Of a stretch of DNA of 64,000 nt, positions 62,406 through 64,000 are shown piece by piece. Source of the stretch: Pseudomonadota bacterium (GTDB lineage: Bacteria > Pseudomonadota > Gammaproteobacteria > Steroidobacterales > Steroidobacteraceae). The notes below the pieces were generated by a model. That model was not told the DNA's origin. It made no database searches and worked only from the letters and a program-made list of their open reading frames with translations. The DNA is taken from NCBI GenBank assembly GCA_016720075.1, contig JADJXW010000006.1, forward strand, positions 36,747 to 100,746, in the 5' to 3' direction. Each line of letters starts with the position of its first letter. Position 1 is the first letter of the stretch. The translations under genes were made by a program, and so were the position numbers.

Positions 62406-64000
62406 GTCAGGCTCCGGCCCAAGGCTTCGGCCACCCTTATGCCATCAACGCCCGCCGAAAGGATGCCGCCGGCGTAGCCCGCGCCTTCGCCGCAGGGATA
62501 GAGCCCGCGCACATTGAGGCTCTGCAGCGACTCGTCGTGGCGCGTGATGCGCACGGGGGATGAGGTGCGGCTCTCGACGCCGGTGAGCACCGCATCATGG
62601 CGATCGAAACCCCGCAGCTGCCTGCCGAACGCCGGCAGCGCCTCGCGGATCGCCTCGATGGCGTAATCGGGCAACGCGGTGGAAAGATCGCCCAGCTTCA
62701 CGCCGGGCTTGTACGAGGGGATCACGTCGCCGAGTGTCGTCGACGCGTTGCCGCGCAGGAAGTCGCCCACAAGCTGTCCGGGGGCGCAGTAGTTGCTGCC
62801 GCCCAGCACATAGGCCTGCGACTCGAGCGATTCCTGCAGCGCGACACCCGCGAGCAACCCGCCCGGATAGTCCGGTTCCGGATGGATGGCGACGACAACG
62901 CCGGCGTTGGCGTTGCGCTCGTTGCGCGAGTACTGGCTCATGCCGTTGGTGACCACGCGCTGCGGTTCGGAGGTGGCCGCCACCACGGTCCCGCCGGGAC
63001 ACATGCAGAAGCTGTACACGGCGCGGCCATTGCGCGCGTGGTGCACCAGCTTGTAGTCGGCCGCGCCCAGCAGCGGATTGCCCGCGTGGCGGCCCAGGCG
63101 CGCGGCATCGATCATCGACTGCGGATGTTCGATGCGAAAGCCGATGGCGAAGGGCTTGGGATCCAGGTGCACGCCGCGCCGCTCCAGCATCCGGAAGGTG
63201 TCGCGCGAGCTGTGGCCCAGCGCCAGCACCACATGCCGGCTCATCAGCTGTTCGCCCGAGGCCAGCTGCACGCCCTCGATGCCGTCGCCGCCGATCAGCA
63301 GGTCGGTGACCTGGCTTTCGAATCGCACCTCGCCGCCCAGCGACAGTATCTGCTCGCGCATCTTCGTCACCACGCCGGTCAGGCGGAAGGTGCCGATGTG
63401 CGGCTTGCTCACGTAGAGGATCTCGGGCGGCGCGCCGGCGGCCACGAATTCCCGCATCACCTTGCGGCCGTAGAACTTCGGGTCCTTGATCTGGCTGTAG
63501 AGCTTGCCGTCGGAGAACAGTCCCGCGCCGCCCTCGCCGAACTGCACGTTCGATTCCGGATGCAGCGTATTGCGCCGCCAAAGATCCCAGGTGTCCTGGG
63601 TTCGCCGGCGCACTTCACGGCCGCGCTCGAGCACGATGGGCCGGAAGCCCATTTGCGCCAGCAGCAGCGCGGCGAACAGGCCGCCGGGTCCGAAGCCCAC
63701 CACGAGCGGGCGGTCTTTCAGTCCCGCGGGCGCCTTCGCGACTGGGTGGTAGCCGGTGTCCGGCGCCGGGCCCACCTGCCGGTCGCCTTCGAAGCGTTCC
63801 AGCAGCGCGGACTCGTCGCGCACCTCCACATCTACGATGCAGACGAACAGGATGGCGTTGCGGCGCCGGGCGTCGGGGCTGCGCTTGAAGAGCGTCAGCG
63901 ACAGCAGCTCGGCGTCGTCGATCGCAAGGCGCAGGGCCACGGCGCGGCGCAGCGATTCGGGGGTGTAGTCGAGCGGCAGCGGCAGCTCGGAAATGCGGAT
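62402..64000 (-). CDS. FAD-dependent dehydrogenase (COG2509-type), 5' end beyond the window
   Basis: The frame stays open to the window edge (IRISELPLPLDYTPESLRRAVALRL...). Dinucleotide motif VVGFGPGGLFAAL, plus MCPGGTVV and a C-terminal PCGEGAGYAGGI. Its stop overlaps the SpoU start (GTGA). Confidence 0.75.
   Translation of the reverse strand: MRISELPLPLDYTPESLRRAVALRLAIDDAELLSLTLFKRSPDARRRNAILFVCIVDVEVRDESALLERFEGDRQVGPAPDTGYHPVAKAPAGLKDRPLVVGFGPGGLFAALLLAQMGFRPIVLERGREVRRRTQDTWDLWRRNTLHPESNVQFGEGGAGLFSDGKLYSQIKDPKFYGRKVMREFVAAGAPPEILYVSKPHIGTFRLTGVVTKMREQILSLGGEVRFESQVTDLLIGGDGIEGVQLASGEQLMSRHVVLALGHSSRDTFRMLERRGVHLDPKPFAIGFRIEHPQSMIDAARLGRHAGNPLLGAADYKLVHHARNGRAVYSFCMCPGGTVVAATSEPQRVVTNGMSQYSRNERNANAGVVVAIHPEPDYPGGLLAGVALQESLESQAYVLGGSNYCAPGQLVGDFLRGNASTTLGDVIPSYKPGVKLGDLSTALPDYAIEAIREALPAFGRQLRGFDRHDAVLTGVESRTSSPVRITRHDESLQSLNVRGLYPCGEGAGYAGGILSAGVDGIRVAEALGRSLT

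Overview
This is a GC-rich proteobacterial chromosomal segment, gammaproteobacterium-like in gene content; the taxon cannot be fixed from the sequence alone. It is almost entirely coding and dominated by housekeeping genes.

**Region 1-38 kb: envelope, redox and metabolic genes**
- Tat-type dienelactone hydrolase, MFS transporter, AsmA-family protein.
- SecB-like protein plus TraR/DksA zinc finger.
- DUF4159 protein plus a RecB/Cas4-like nuclease.
- A TlpA / DUF4266 / DUF3570 / ApbE cluster.
- creB, creC, an extra membrane ORF, then creD.
- Amidase, and a TonB-dependent receptor with a shikimate-dehydrogenase-like gene.
- SPOR-coaX-birA plus an amidinotransferase.
- PilZ protein, EEP nuclease/phosphatase, ppc, glgP, metX, cysK, cysB-like regulator, rluB.

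**Region 38-62 kb: the transcription/translation super-cluster**
- tRNA-Tyr/Gly/Thr-tuf-tRNA-Trp-secE-nusG-rplKAJL-rpoBC.
- A 5.3-kb three-gene interruption: recQ, a YkgJ-type Cys-cluster protein, and a divergently oriented EF-G paralogue.
- Then rpsL-rpsG-fusA-tuf-rpsJ. The S10 operon does not continue after rpsJ.

**What I did not find.** I saw no CRISPR array, IS element, integrase or recognisable defence or toxin module. I do not find a convincing discrete novel multi-gene system.

**Most notable observations**
- Three conserved genes have broken reading frames as sequenced: rpsG, the second tuf copy and a beta-propeller lipoprotein. At least one is a homopolymer indel.
- The rpoC/rpsL junction is interrupted and carries a divergent EF-G paralogue with an insertion in switch I.
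- The ApbE-linked envelope cluster has a near-consensus flavinylation motif in the DUF3570 protein.
- An AT-rich 10-2-10 palindrome plus direct repeat sits in the TonB-receptor promoter.
- There is a cre-tag-like direct repeat upstream of creD.
- There is a structurally atypical tRNA-Thr(UGU).

All family assignments come from reading the translated ORFs and motifs by eye. No database search was run.
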